DNA of 64,000 bases, taken from positions 512,001-576,000 of the forward strand of contig CAWDVW010000007.1 in NCBI GenBank assembly GCA_963805855.1. Direction: 5' to 3'. The notes under the pieces were generated by a model. The model was given only the letters and a program-made list of their open reading frames with translations, was not told where the DNA came from and did no database searches. The position numbers and the translations under genes were made by a program. Origin of the DNA: Candidatus Dadabacteria bacterium. GTDB taxonomy: Bacteria; Desulfobacterota_D; UBA1144; Nemesobacterales; CSP1-2. Positions 1-11,757 of this stretch are shown here, piece by piece (the stretch's first letter is position 1; every line of letters starts with the position of its first letter).

Positions 1-168
1 AGATACGGTGAACATTGTGCCAACCTTTCTACCTTCCCTCCCCTCACGAGCAATCTCGATGGCTAAAAGAACGACTTTCTCAAGGGTATTAAGATTTATA
101 TTTCTCTTCCCTGAGCATATCCCAGATAAAAACTCCTTGGATGATGTTAAGTTGCCTTCTAAGGTCAT
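1..168 (-). CDS. Diadenylate cyclase (DisA_N/DAC domain, DacZ-like), N-terminal part; runs off the window edge
   Basis: Not in the ORF track. Manual translation from ATG at 168 gives MTLEGNLTSSKEFLSGICSGKRNINLNTLEKVVLLAIEIAREGREGRKVGTMFTVS. LAIEIAREGREGRKVGT is the characteristic start of DacZ-type DAC domains. Confidence 0.75.
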   Translation of the reverse strand, partial: MTLEGNLTSSKEFLSGICSGKRNINLNTLEKVVLLAIEIAREGREGRKVGTMFTVS

Positions 169-434
169 CGTTCCTGTTTACGTAAGGTAGCTTATACAAC
201 TAATTTAAATCATAGTTTAATAAAATAAAGAGCTTAACGAGACAGCATTTTATCTTCTAGGCCCAGCGAATACTTAAGATTGATAATCCAATACCGATTG
301 CCGTCAGTTTTAAAACTATAAATAGCCTAAATTATCCAAGAGGGGGGCAAAAGTCGAGAATCAGATCATGCAGTCATGATCGGACGTTAAATTTGGACTC
401 CACTTTCTCGAAGCCTATTCCTATAATCCAGTAT

Positions 435-1379
<945 letters not shown>

Positions 1380-1465
1380 TCACCGCCACTAATTGATTTC
1401 ATTACCAAGTTAGTTCCCATGACAAAATTACCTATATAAGTTTTATACCCGATTAAATCCCGAAT

Positions 1466-2713
1466 TCAAACCTGATCCATGTTTTCTACAATCTTCTCAC
1501 CAAACTCTGAACACTTAAGAAGGGTTGCGCCTTCGATCTGCCTATGGAGATCGTATGTTACGGTTTTGTCCATGATTGTTTTCTCCAAAGCTCTGACAAT
1601 CAGATCCGCAGCATCTTTCCAACCAAGATACTGCAGCATCATCACACCAGAGAGAATCACGGAGCCAGGATTTACCTTATCTTGGCCGGCATATTTGGGT
1701 GCGGTTCCATGCGTTGCTTCAAATACTGCATTGGGATCCCCTATATTCCCCCCGGGTGCCATACCCAAACCTCCGACCTGCGCCGCGGAAGCGTCGGAGA
1801 GGTAATCTCCATTTAGGTTTGGTGTTGTTACTATATCGTACTCATCCGTTCTTGTCAGGATCTGCTGAAACATGCTGTCAGCAATCCTGTCTTTAATGAC
1901 AATCTTACTATCTGGCATCTTTCCGCCGTGCTTTTCCCAGAGTTCGTCTTCGGTAATGGTCACATCACCAAACTCGTCTTTTGCCAATTCATATGCCCAA
2001 TCCCTGAAGGCACCTTCAGTAAACTTCATAATATTGCCTTTATGCATCAATGTTACGCTTCTTCTATCATACTTGATTGCGTATTGTATGGCTTTTCTTA
2101 CAAGTCTCTTCGTACCAAATGGACTTATCGGCTTAATACCAATTCCTGAGCCGGGTCTTACAGTTACATTCAGGCTTTTACTCAGAAAATCAATTAGCTT
2201 ATTTGCTTCTTCTGAATCACTCTGCCATTCGATGCCAGCATAAAGATCCTCGGTGTTTTCACGGAATATTACTAGATCCATCAATTCTGGTCTTTTAACT
2301 GGCGAGGGCGTACCCTTAAAATATCTGACCGGTCGGACACACGCATACAGGTCAAGCTGCTGTCTGAGGGCAACGTTTAAGCTACGAATACCTCCACCTA
2401 CCGGTGTGGTCAGGGGCCCCTTGATTGCAACGATATACTTTTTTACGCTTTCTAGGGTTTCTGTAGGAAGCCAGTTGCCGGTTTCGACAAATGCTTTCTC
2501 TCCTGCCAGAACTTCATGCCATACAATCTTTTTCCTACCATCGTATGCCTTTTTTACGGCGGCATCGAAAACGATCTCAGAAGCATGCCAGATATCTGGG
2601 CCAGTCCCATCACCCTCAATATAGGGAATAATAGGGTTATCGGGTACAATAAGACTTCCATCGTCCTTCTTGATTTCTATTCTTTGTCCTTCATTTAAAT
2701 TTGTAGCTGTCAT
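1466..2713 (-). CDS. icd: NADP-dependent isocitrate dehydrogenase
   Basis: [52 protein letters not shown]. Confidence 0.97.
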   Translation of the reverse strand: MTATNLNEGQRIEIKKDDGSLIVPDNPIIPYIEGDGTGPDIWHASEIVFDAAVKKAYDGRKKIVWHEVLAGEKAFVETGNWLPTETLESVKKYIVAIKGPLTTPVGGGIRSLNVALRQQLDLYACVRPVRYFKGTPSPVKRPELMDLVIFRENTEDLYAGIEWQSDSEEANKLIDFLSKSLNVTVRPGSGIGIKPISPFGTKRLVRKAIQYAIKYDRRSVTLMHKGNIMKFTEGAFRDWAYELAKDEFGDVTITEDELWEKHGGKMPDSKIVIKDRIADSMFQQILTRTDEYDIVTTPNLNGDYLSDASAAQVGGLGMAPGGNIGDPNAVFEATHGTAPKYAGQDKVNPGSVILSGVMMLQYLGWKDAADLIVRALEKTIMDKTVTYDLHRQIEGATLLKCSEFGEKIVENMDQV

Positions 2714-2787
2714 GGTAAGAGCTCCTCATAATCATAGATAATCAGAAGTGAAAATCTATATTAAAATAAATTTATTTCAACATTAGC

Positions 2788-5475
2788 TCATATCATTTGC
2801 CTGAGAACAGTCTGCAATATCCCACCGTTACGGTAGTATTCTACTTCAATTGGCCCGTCTAAGCGGCATACTACCTTAAATGTTTTCACGCTTCCATTCC
2901 CATTACGAACTCTAACTGTGATATCCTTACCAGGCGACAGGCCCTCGGAAATTCCAACTATATCATAATCTTCAAAGCCAGAAAGTTGATGCGTCTCCCG
3001 TGATTCTCCCGGCTTAAACTGAAGTGGTAGTACCCCCATACCAATTAAATTGCTTCTATGGATCCGTTCGTAACTTTCCGCAATTACAGCTTTAATACCA
3101 AGAAGCGCCGTGCCCTTAGCAGCCCAGTCGCGCGAGCTGCCAGTACCATATTCTTTTCCACCTATTACTATAAGCGGTGTGCCTTCTTCCTGATATTTCT
3201 CAGAAGCATCATATATGTTCATCTTCTCGCCCGTTGGTACGTGGATTGTCCATCCACCTTCGACTCCCGGAACCAGCAGGTTTCTTAATCTGATGTTGGC
3301 AAATGTGCCACGAATCATGACCTCATGGTTACCTCGGCGAGATCCAAAGCTATTAAAGTCAGGTGGTTTAACGCCGTGTTCAATTAAGAATTTCCCCGCA
3401 GGACCATCTTTCGGTATAGACCCGGCCGGCGAAATGTGGTCAGTAGTAACCGAATCTCCCAGAAGTGCCAGCACCTTCGCAGACTTTATGTCACCGAGCT
3501 TTGGCAATTCACTTGAGAAATCAAAAAAGTACGGGGGCTCCTGTATATAAGTTGATTCAGCGTCCCAGCTGTATAGTCCTCCCTCTGGAGTAGATAAGGA
3601 TTTCCAAGTGCTATCACCCTCGAAGACATGTGAGTATTGAGCTCTAAAGAGCTCAGGATTGAGTGCCCTTTCAACGGTGCTTCTAATTTCCTCTTGTGAC
3701 GGCCAAACATCCTTCAAGTAAACTAGATTCTTATCTCGATCATACCCGATAGGGTCATTATAAACATCTATGTCAACCGTTCCAGCAAGCGCGAATGCTA
3801 CCACAAGCGGCGGTGAAGCAAGGTATGAAAATTTTACAAATGGATGAATTCTCCCCTCAAAATTCCTGTTACCACTTAGAACGGCCACACATGTGAGATC
3901 ATGAGTTTTTATTGCTTGCTCTACTGCTTCGGGAAGTGGTCCGCTATTTCCAATGCAGGTAGTGCAACCGTAACCTACGAGGTTAAAACCCAACTTCTCC
4001 AGGTAAGGAGTCAGTCCTGAAGCTTCGAGATAGTCCGTAACGACCCTCGATCCGGGGGCAAGACTTGTCTTAACTGTCGGTTTAACATTCATACCACGAT
4101 CGACAGCCTTTTTTGCAACCAAACCAGCAGCGACCATTACCGCGGGATTCGAGGTGTTTGTACAGCTTGTAATGGCTGAAATAACAACCGAGCCATTGGA
4201 TAACTGATGCCTTCCATCCGCGATCTCGACCTCAACACTTTTATCAATTTTACCACTATCATCACCCAATCTTGCCTTTAAACTATTCCGATAAGCCTGC
4301 TTTAGACTCTTAAGCGAGACTCGATCCTGAGGTCTTGTTGGTCCTGCTAGTGATGGCTCAATGGTAGAGATATCGAGTTCTATCAGATCGCTATAGAGAG
4401 GTTCATCCATATCATCTGTCCTGAACAAGCCCTGTTCTTTACTATAGATTTCTACAAGCTCGACAAGTTGCCTGTCTCGCCCTGTCATCTTCAAATACCT
4501 GAGAGTTTCTACATCCACAGGGAAAAATCCCATTGTTGCACCGTATTCAGGTGCCATATTCGATATTGTTGCCTTATCCGACAGGCTCAAGTGGCTTAGA
4601 CCAGGACCGAAAAATTCTACAAATTTTCCCACTACACCCCTTTTCCTGAGCAATTCTGTCACCGTCAGCACTAGGTCCGTAGCAGTTACTCCTTGCGGCA
4701 AAAAGCCATTTAGTTTGAATCCCACAACCTCGGGAATAAGCATATAAAGCGGTTGCCCCAACATACACGCCTCTGCCTCTATGCCGCCTACTCCCCACCC
4801 GAGAACGCTCAATCCATTGATCATGGTTGTGTGGGAATCGGTACCAACAAGAGTATCCGGAAATGCTACGGTTTCTCCATTAATCTCACTCGTGCCTACA
4901 ACGCTTGCAAGGCATTCTAGATTAACTTGATGAACGATACCAGTACCCGGAGGCACAACGCGGAAATTATCAAATGCACTCTGAGCCCATCTAAGAAAAG
5001 CGTATCTCTCTCGGTTTCTTTTGTACTCGATCTCCACATTTCTTGAAAAAGAGTCCGGGGTAGCAGAGAAATCTACTTGGACCGAGTGATCAATGACAAG
5101 ATCGACAGGAACGATTGGATTGATTCTGCCCGGATCACCACCCACCTTTTTCACGACCGATCGCATCGCAGCAAGGTCAACAACACAAGGCACACCTGTA
5201 AAATCCTGCAGGATTACACGACCGGGCTTAAACGGTATTTCGTCGGGTTTGTGTTCTTCAGGACTCCAAGTTGAAAGACTATGTATATGATCAGAATTTA
5301 CCGTGCTTCCATCAAAGTTACGAATTAAATTTTCTATGAGTATCTTAATTGAAAAAGGCAACCTCGATATGTTGATTCCCCAATTTCTTTCAAGAAGCTC
5401 GAGAGAGTAGAACGTGACTGTTCCCTGAGTCGTCTTAAATTTTGAATATGTTCCTTGTTTCCAATCTTCACTCAA
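2788..5475 (-). CDS. acnA: Aconitate hydratase A
   Basis: QDFTGVP, GTDSHTTM, SCTNTSNP, GYGCTTCIGNSG, TTDHISPAG, GSSRDWAAKG. Confidence 0.97.
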   Translation of the reverse strand: MSEDWKQGTYSKFKTTQGTVTFYSLELLERNWGINISRLPFSIKILIENLIRNFDGSTVNSDHIHSLSTWSPEEHKPDEIPFKPGRVILQDFTGVPCVVDLAAMRSVVKKVGGDPGRINPIVPVDLVIDHSVQVDFSATPDSFSRNVEIEYKRNRERYAFLRWAQSAFDNFRVVPPGTGIVHQVNLECLASVVGTSEINGETVAFPDTLVGTDSHTTMINGLSVLGWGVGGIEAEACMLGQPLYMLIPEVVGFKLNGFLPQGVTATDLVLTVTELLRKRGVVGKFVEFFGPGLSHLSLSDKATISNMAPEYGATMGFFPVDVETLRYLKMTGRDRQLVELVEIYSKEQGLFRTDDMDEPLYSDLIELDISTIEPSLAGPTRPQDRVSLKSLKQAYRNSLKARLGDDSGKIDKSVEVEIADGRHQLSNGSVVISAITSCTNTSNPAVMVAAGLVAKKAVDRGMNVKPTVKTSLAPGSRVVTDYLEASGLTPYLEKLGFNLVGYGCTTCIGNSGPLPEAVEQAIKTHDLTCVAVLSGNRNFEGRIHPFVKFSYLASPPLVVAFALAGTVDIDVYNDPIGYDRDKNLVYLKDVWPSQEEIRSTVERALNPELFRAQYSHVFEGDSTWKSLSTPEGGLYSWDAESTYIQEPPYFFDFSSELPKLGDIKSAKVLALLGDSVTTDHISPAGSIPKDGPAGKFLIEHGVKPPDFNSFGSRRGNHEVMIRGTFANIRLRNLLVPGVEGGWTIHVPTGEKMNIYDASEKYQEEGTPLIVIGGKEYGTGSSRDWAAKGTALLGIKAVIAESYERIHRSNLIGMGVLPLQFKPGESRETHQLSGFEDYDIVGISEGLSPGKDITVRVRNGNGSVKTFKVVCRLDGPIEVEYYRNGGILQTVLRQMI

Positions 5476-5761
5476 TTTGCTTTAACCATTTTAGATTATA
5501 TTGCCCCGATCACCGATCAGGAAATAAACGTAATTCTAAACGAATAAAAATTACTGGATTTTGCTAAATACTCAAATTATATGATTTAAGAATTCGTAAG
5601 GTTCAAATATAATTGCAAATTAATACTGAGTGTTACAAATAACCATGCACCATTTATTAAATCTGCCTTTAATACAATATTATGGAAAATGAAATTACCC
5701 AGAACTCCGGAGACCTTTACGGAATTGCCTCTCGTTCAGAACAGATTTAAGTTTTATTTTA

Positions 5762-7000
5762 TCATTCGAACCTTTTGAAAGCTAAACAGCCATTAGTGCC
5801 ACCGAAGCCGAAAGAGTTGCTGAGAGCATAATCGATCTTTTGTTCCCTTGCTTGATTGGGCACATAATCTAGGTCACAGTCAGGGTCCGGATTGTCTAAA
5901 TTAATTGTTGGCGGAATTATACCGTGATAAAGTGAAAGAACAGTGAAAGCCAATTCTATCGCCCCAGCAGCTCCAAGTAGATGACCGGTCATCGATTTCG
6001 TTGAACTAACCGGTACATTATAGGCGTGGCTTTTTAATACCTCTTTAATTGCTCGGGTCTCGTTTACATCATTTTGCGGTGTAGACGTGCCATGCGCATT
6101 TATATAATCTACATCTTCGGGGTTTAATTCCGCGTCATTAAGCGCAAGCCTCATGCATCTTATGGGACCGTCAAGTGTGGGTGACGTGATATGATTCGCG
6201 TCAGCGCTCATCCCAAACCCGATCAGCTCGGCATATATCCTCGCTCCACGCTTTTTTGCAGATTCAAGTTCCTCAAGAATTACAGTCCCGCCGCCCTCCG
6301 ACATCACAAATCCATCACGCTCCCTATCAAAAGGTCTGGATGCCCTATGCGGTTCGTCATTTCTCGTTGACAGTGCCCGCATCGCATTAAATCCAGCGAC
6401 AGCGATCGTTATTATAGGTGCTTCTGTCCCTCCTGCTATCATTATGTCTGCATCACCCCTTTCAATCATGTGTGCCGCATAGCCTATTGCATGAGCGCTT
6501 GCAGCGCATGCCGTTGTTGTACAACAATTTGGTCCTTTCGCATTAAAACGGATAGATACCAATCCCGCTGCCATATTTGAAATCATCGATGGAATAAAAA
6601 ACGGAGATATACGATTTGGTCCTTTTTCCAGGAGTACAAAATGAGTGTTAACAAGTGTCTCCATACCCCCAATTCCACTGGCTATAAGTGTTCCAACATG
6701 TGGAGATAGCTCCTCCGTGATCTCAAGATTTGCGTCGTCAAGCGCCAGTTTAGTTGAAGCTATTGCAAAGTGGATGAATCGATCTGCTTTTTTCAAATCC
6801 TTAGCATCCATAAAATCATTCGGGTCAAAATCCAGAACCTCACCAGCAATGTGTGTCTTCAAGTCAGCAGCTACTGGATCAAATTTTTGGATAGTTCGCA
6901 CACCCGATCGACCTTCACATATACCATCCCAGGTCAATTTGTTTCCAGTCCCCAATGGCGTTATCAAACCAATTCCAGTGACCGCAACCCTTCTTTTCAT
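5762..7000 (-). CDS. fabF: 3-oxoacyl-ACP synthase II
   Basis: TACAAS catalytic Cys, NAHGTST, KSMTGHLLGAAG, NSFGFGGTN. Confidence 0.96.
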   Translation of the reverse strand: MKRRVAVTGIGLITPLGTGNKLTWDGICEGRSGVRTIQKFDPVAADLKTHIAGEVLDFDPNDFMDAKDLKKADRFIHFAIASTKLALDDANLEITEELSPHVGTLIASGIGGMETLVNTHFVLLEKGPNRISPFFIPSMISNMAAGLVSIRFNAKGPNCCTTTACAASAHAIGYAAHMIERGDADIMIAGGTEAPIITIAVAGFNAMRALSTRNDEPHRASRPFDRERDGFVMSEGGGTVILEELESAKKRGARIYAELIGFGMSADANHITSPTLDGPIRCMRLALNDAELNPEDVDYINAHGTSTPQNDVNETRAIKEVLKSHAYNVPVSSTKSMTGHLLGAAGAIELAFTVLSLYHGIIPPTINLDNPDPDCDLDYVPNQAREQKIDYALSNSFGFGGTNGCLAFKRFE

Positions 7001-7251
7001 TATTTTTTTCGCTCCATGATAAAATTGATGGCATCTTGGACAGTAACAATACTCTCAGCGTCTTCATCGGCTATTTCAAGCCCAAATTTGTCTTCCATTG
7101 ACATAATGAGTTCAACCAAATCTAGGGAATCTGCTCCTAAGTCCTCAATAAACGATGAGTCCGGAGTAATCTCATCCTCTGACTTACCAAGCTGGCTTGC
7201 TATCATTTTTTTTACTGCGCTCACTATTTCTTGGTCAACCTGAGTTGCCAT
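7000..7251 (-). CDS. acpP: Acyl carrier protein
   Basis: DLGADSLD phosphopantetheine motif; lies between fabG and fabF. Confidence 0.97.
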   Translation of the reverse strand: MATQVDQEIVSAVKKMIASQLGKSEDEITPDSSFIEDLGADSLDLVELIMSMEDKFGLEIADEDAESIVTVQDAINFIMERKK

Positions 7252-7276
7252 ATTCTCATCCTCCTAAATATATATT

Positions 7277-8020
7277 TTATGTGTATAACCCGCCATTCAC
7301 TCTTATTACCTCACCAGTTATGTAAGACGCATCATCGGACGCCAGGAACATAACTGCCTTTGCTACGTCATGCGGTTTTCCAAATCTCCCAAGCGGAATA
7401 GCCTCGATGTAAGCGTCTTTTATCTTCTGCGAAAGATCTTGCGTTATATCGGTCTCGATGAATCCAGGACTTATCGCGTTTACGGTAATATTCCTTGATG
7501 CAAGCTCTTTAGCCGTTGATTTTGTGAGCCCAATTATGCCCGCCTTGGATGCTGAGTAATTGGTTTGTCCCACGTTACCCATCTCTCCAACGATAGATGT
7601 TATGTTTATAATCCTACCGTATCTCTGTTTCACCATTATTTTTGACGCCGCTTTTGTGCAATTAAAAACGCCTTTCAAATTAACCGAGAGAACTTCGTCC
7701 CAGTCATTTTCCTTCATTCTCAGTAAAAGTCCATCCTTGGTTATCCCCGCATTGTTTACCAGAATATGTAAGCCCCCAAGCTCTTCGGCGACTTTATCGA
7801 TTTCCTCTTGAACACGAGCGAAATCAGAAACATTGAAACAACTTAGTTTACACTTTCCTCCAGAATTTACTATATTATTTGATACTTCTTCCGCTGCCGA
7901 CACGCTTCGGTGATAATTTATCACCACATAAGCACCTTGTGATGAAAGTTCAAGAGCAATCGCCCTACCAATTCCTCTGGAAGCACCGGTAATTAGAGCA
8001 ATCTTATTATCAAAAATCAT
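7277..8020 (-). CDS. fabG: 3-oxoacyl-ACP reductase
   Basis: TGASRGIG, NNAGIT, YSASK, PGFIET. Confidence 0.96.
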   Translation of the reverse strand: MIFDNKIALITGASRGIGRAIALELSSQGAYVVINYHRSVSAAEEVSNNIVNSGGKCKLSCFNVSDFARVQEEIDKVAEELGGLHILVNNAGITKDGLLLRMKENDWDEVLSVNLKGVFNCTKAASKIMVKQRYGRIINITSIVGEMGNVGQTNYSASKAGIIGLTKSTAKELASRNITVNAISPGFIETDITQDLSQKIKDAYIEAIPLGRFGKPHDVAKAVMFLASDDASYITGEVIRVNGGLYT

Positions 8021-8951
8021 TTTCTCTTAACAACTTTAAGCTACTTATATTTTCCACATTTAATACAACCGGATCTGGAATTGATCTTTTAATTAAACCG
8101 GAGAGTGTTTTCCCTGGGCCTATCTCTAAAAATTTCCTTACGCCTATATCGTATAACAGCTCAATCGATTCATACCATTTTACAGGACTTTTAACTTGAT
8201 CAACAAGTATACCTTTTGTCTTTAACGGGTCGGTATTTAGTTTAGCATCAACATTAGTAACAACCGGTATTTTATATCTCGAAATATCGATTTTTTCTAA
8301 ATCTATACCGAGTTTTTCCGCTGCGGGGGCCATGAGTGGACAATGAAAAGGAGCACTTACTTCAAGTGGAATCACCCTTTTTGCCCCATTCGATCTCGCT
8401 ATGTCGGTAGCCCTGTCAACAGCTTCTTTATTGCCAGAAATCACTGTCTGGCTCGGGGCATTGAAATTAGCAGGAGTTACTATAAACCCATTGACAGAGG
8501 CCTCGCTACAGATTTTCTCCACCTCGTGCCTCTGGAGCCCTATGATGGCGGACATTGCGCCAACACCCAACGGGACCGCATTCTGCATATATTCCCCGCG
8601 TTTTCTTACAATCCATACAGCATCTCTAAAATCCATTGCTTCACTCGCAACAAGCGCGGTATATTCACCCAAACTATGTCCGGCAACATAATCCGCTTTT
8701 ATTTCTGTTTCCTCAGAAATCACTCTCAATGCAGCTACGCTAACTGTAACAATTGCCGGCTGAGCATTAATCGTATGTGTCAACTCCCCATAACGGTCTT
8801 CAAAACAGACCCTGCAAAGATCAACTCCCGTTACATCACTGGCCTCTTCAAATGTCGTTCGAGCAATTTTAAATGTGCTGTAGAGATCCTTCCCCATACC
8901 AACATATTGAGACCCTTGTCCAGGAAATACAAATGCTTTCATCGAATTCAA
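8010..8951 (-). CDS. fabD: Malonyl-CoA:ACP transacylase (start may be ATG at 8942)
   Basis: FPGQGSQ, GHSLGEY, VSAPFH. Confidence 0.96.
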   Translation of the reverse strand: MNSMKAFVFPGQGSQYVGMGKDLYSTFKIARTTFEEASDVTGVDLCRVCFEDRYGELTHTINAQPAIVTVSVAALRVISEETEIKADYVAGHSLGEYTALVASEAMDFRDAVWIVRKRGEYMQNAVPLGVGAMSAIIGLQRHEVEKICSEASVNGFIVTPANFNAPSQTVISGNKEAVDRATDIARSNGAKRVIPLEVSAPFHCPLMAPAAEKLGIDLEKIDISRYKIPVVTNVDAKLNTDPLKTKGILVDQVKSPVKWYESIELLYDIGVRKFLEIGPGKTLSGLIKRSIPDPVVLNVENISSLKLLRENDF

Positions 8952-8977
8952 GCCCTTCTTTCATGCCCTTAAAAAGC

Positions 8978-9160
8978 TTAGACTTCTGGTTCTTTTTTAA
9001 ATGTCCTTCCTTTATAGAAGCCACAGCTTTTACAGATCCTATGCGGCGATTTCATTTCACCACAATTTGGGCAAATTGACAAACCCGGACGCGTGAGCTT
9101 ATAATGAGTTCTGCGTTTTGCAGATCTTGACTTAGAAATTTTTCTCTTCGGAAGTGCCAT
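8978..9160 (-). CDS. rpmF: 50S ribosomal protein L32 (zinc-ribbon type)
   Basis: [12 protein letters not shown]...CPNCG...[12 protein letters not shown]. Confidence 0.96.
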   Translation of the reverse strand: MALPKRKISKSRSAKRRTHYKLTRPGLSICPNCGEMKSPHRICKSCGFYKGRTFKKEPEV

Positions 9161-9176
9161 CTGATTTCTCCAAGGT

Positions 9177-9692
9177 TTATAATTTTACGTTTCTGAGAAC
9201 AGCAAGCTTTGGGTCGATCCATTCATCCTCGCAGGAGCAAGTGGCTGAATTGAGGTTTACACCGCAATTTTGACAAAGACCGCGGCACCGTTCGCCGCAC
9301 AATACCTTCACGGGTAGCGACATTGCGATTATTTCTCTAAGGTACCCACCGATATCAATGTCATTTCCATCATAACTCTCATAATCCCCGATCTCATCCC
9401 CTTCAATCTCAGATCTGTGTGGCAGGAGAGTTAAATTTATCTCCGATTCAAGATTGGACTCAACAGGATCGAGGCATCTTGAACATGGAGAAACTATAGA
9501 AAAACTGACATTTCCCTGTACATGAATTTCATTTAGCACCTTTGAGACATAGAGACAAATCTCATAATCTGAAGATATGCGCATTCCTCCCTTACCCGAG
9601 ACTATATCAGGCGCGTTTACCAACCAGTTAGGCTCTTTAGATAGATTTAGACTTAATCCATCGTTACCAATATCAGAAACCTTAATTTCCAT
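9177..9692 (-). CDS. yceD: DUF177/YceD family protein
   Basis: CSRCL, [18 protein letters not shown], DPKLAVL; directly upstream of rpmF. Confidence 0.9.
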   Translation of the reverse strand: MEIKVSDIGNDGLSLNLSKEPNWLVNAPDIVSGKGGMRISSDYEICLYVSKVLNEIHVQGNVSFSIVSPCSRCLDPVESNLESEINLTLLPHRSEIEGDEIGDYESYDGNDIDIGGYLREIIAMSLPVKVLCGERCRGLCQNCGVNLNSATCSCEDEWIDPKLAVLRNVKL

Positions 9693-9770
9693 CTTGTATT
9701 ATGCTCTAAAGATTAAATATAAAATAATAATATAGCTTTCGGTATTTTCAAGTGTATAGTGAATAAATTA

Positions 9771-10739
9771 CTAAGCCATGTGACAAGAAACCATATGGCC
9801 ACCGCCTGCATCACGCAGGACTGGCTCCTCGTGTTTACACTTCTCTATAGCAATCGGGCAACGTGGATGAAAACTGCACCCGGAAGGGGGGTTTATCGGA
9901 TTTGGCACATCTCCTGAAAGGGTTATCCTTTTTCTTTTTGTCTTAGGATCAGGCAAAGGCACAGAGGAGAGTATAACCTTTGTATAGGGATGTAACGGAT
10001 TCTTGTAAAGCTCTTCGCTTCTTGCCAGTTCCACTATTTTGCCAAGATACATCACAGCGACCCTATTGCTAATGTGTTTTATTATCCTAAGGTCATGAGA
10101 TATGAATAGATAAGTAAGATTAAACTTTTCCTGTAGGGATATAAGGAGGTTTATAATCTGTGCCTGTACTGAGACATCGAGCGCGGAGACAGGTTCGTCG
10201 CAGACGATAAATCTAGGTCGTACCGCAAGCGTGCGTGCAATGGCTATCCTCTGACGTTGCCCGCCGCTGAATTCGTGTGGATAGCGTGTAAGCGCGTCTT
10301 GCTTCAGACCCACTATCTCGATGAGTCGTTTGGTCTCGTCCTTAAAGGATTTTGTAATATCTATACCATGAATAAGTATCCCTTCGCCGACTATGCTTTC
10401 GACCTTCATTCTAGGATTTAGCGAGCCATATGGATCCTGAAAGATTATCTGTACATACCGCCTTAGATGACGCATTTTCGCAGTATTGTATTCCGTTATA
10501 TCGTCACCATCATAGAATATGCGACCTTCAGTGGGCTCTATTAGTTTTATAATTGTCTTACCCAGAGTAGTCTTTCCGCATCCACTCTCACCTACAAGTC
10601 CGAGGGTTTCACCTTTGTAGATATCGAGATCAATTCCATCAACGGCTCTGACAAAATTACCCTTGCCTGAAAATATTCCGGTCCTAACCGGGAAGTACTT
10701 TTTTAGTTTGTCCAGTCTTAAAAGCGCAGGAATATCCAT
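9771..10739 (-). CDS. oppF: Oligopeptide/dipeptide ABC transporter ATP-binding subunit (OppF-like)
   Basis: GESGCGKT, YPHEFSGGQRQR, C-terminal GCSFHPRCP. Confidence 0.88.
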   Translation of the reverse strand: MDIPALLRLDKLKKYFPVRTGIFSGKGNFVRAVDGIDLDIYKGETLGLVGESGCGKTTLGKTIIKLIEPTEGRIFYDGDDITEYNTAKMRHLRRYVQIIFQDPYGSLNPRMKVESIVGEGILIHGIDITKSFKDETKRLIEIVGLKQDALTRYPHEFSGGQRQRIAIARTLAVRPRFIVCDEPVSALDVSVQAQIINLLISLQEKFNLTYLFISHDLRIIKHISNRVAVMYLGKIVELARSEELYKNPLHPYTKVILSSVPLPDPKTKRKRITLSGDVPNPINPPSGCSFHPRCPIAIEKCKHEEPVLRDAGGGHMVSCHMA

Positions 10740-11723
10740 TTATAGACCTTCGATCAATTCTTCGGACCTAAAACATGCCGCATAATGCATTTTATTTACT
10801 TGTTTAAGGGGAGGTTCATTGATCCTACATTTATCTATCACGTACGGACATCTATCTTGGAACCTACACGCCGATGAGAATTCATTTGGGCTCGGTATCG
10901 TACCTGGGATCGCGTTTAGTTTTTGCTTTTGGTCATTCAAGCGCGGGATAGAGTTCATCAGCCCTATTGTATAAGGATGCGATGGTGAATCAAACAGATC
11001 AATTACAGAAGCATGCTCAACGATCTTCCCAGCGTACATAACATAAACATAATCGGCAACCTCCGCAATAATTCCAAGATCGTGAGTTATCAACAGAACA
11101 GACATACCCATCTTTTCTTTGAGCTCATCTATCAATTCAAGAATTCCGGCTTGAATCGTTACGTCGAGCGCAGTAGTGGGTTCATCAGCGATGAGAAGCT
11201 GTGGATGACACGCAAGAGCCATGGCAATCATAACTCTTTGACACATCCCGCCACTCAACTCATGCGGGTAGCTATTCAATCTTTTCTCGGGCGCCGGTAT
11301 ACCGACAAGCTTCAGCAGCTCAATTACGCGTCCTCTTTCTTCCTTTTTTGATAACTTAAGATGGGTCCTTATAGCTTCACCAATCTGATCACTCACCGGG
11401 AAAACAGGGTTAAGGGAGCTTATCGGCTCCTGGAAGATCATGGAAATTCTATTTCCCCGTAGAGCCCTAATGTCTCTTTCCGATAGCTCTAACAGATTTA
11501 CCCCATCAAAGGTTATCTCTCCTCCGGTAATTTTGCCAGGGGGGTCGGGTATTAACCTCATGATTGAAAGAGCAGTTACCGTCTTACCGCAACCACTTTC
11601 TCCCACTACCCCTACAATCTTACCCTCTGGTATACGGAGTGAAACGCCGCTCACAACCTCCACTTTGCTTTTTCTGGTTCCGAATGAAACCTTCAGGCCT
11701 TTTATTTCGAGTGCATTCTTCAT
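10740..11723 (-). CDS. oppD: Oligopeptide/dipeptide ABC transporter ATP-binding subunit (OppD-like)
   Basis: GESGCGKT, YPHELSGGMCQR, DEPTTALD. Confidence 0.88.
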   Translation of the reverse strand: MKNALEIKGLKVSFGTRKSKVEVVSGVSLRIPEGKIVGVVGESGCGKTVTALSIMRLIPDPPGKITGGEITFDGVNLLELSERDIRALRGNRISMIFQEPISSLNPVFPVSDQIGEAIRTHLKLSKKEERGRVIELLKLVGIPAPEKRLNSYPHELSGGMCQRVMIAMALACHPQLLIADEPTTALDVTIQAGILELIDELKEKMGMSVLLITHDLGIIAEVADYVYVMYAGKIVEHASVIDLFDSPSHPYTIGLMNSIPRLNDQKQKLNAIPGTIPSPNEFSSACRFQDRCPYVIDKCRINEPPLKQVNKMHYAACFRSEELIEGL

Positions 11724-11757
11724 ATCAAGCTATAAAACCGATTCCCATGCCATTAAT

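Noticed and set aside
8-190. 60-aa plus-strand ORF
   Set aside because: Antisense shadow of the minus-strand DAC-domain gene.
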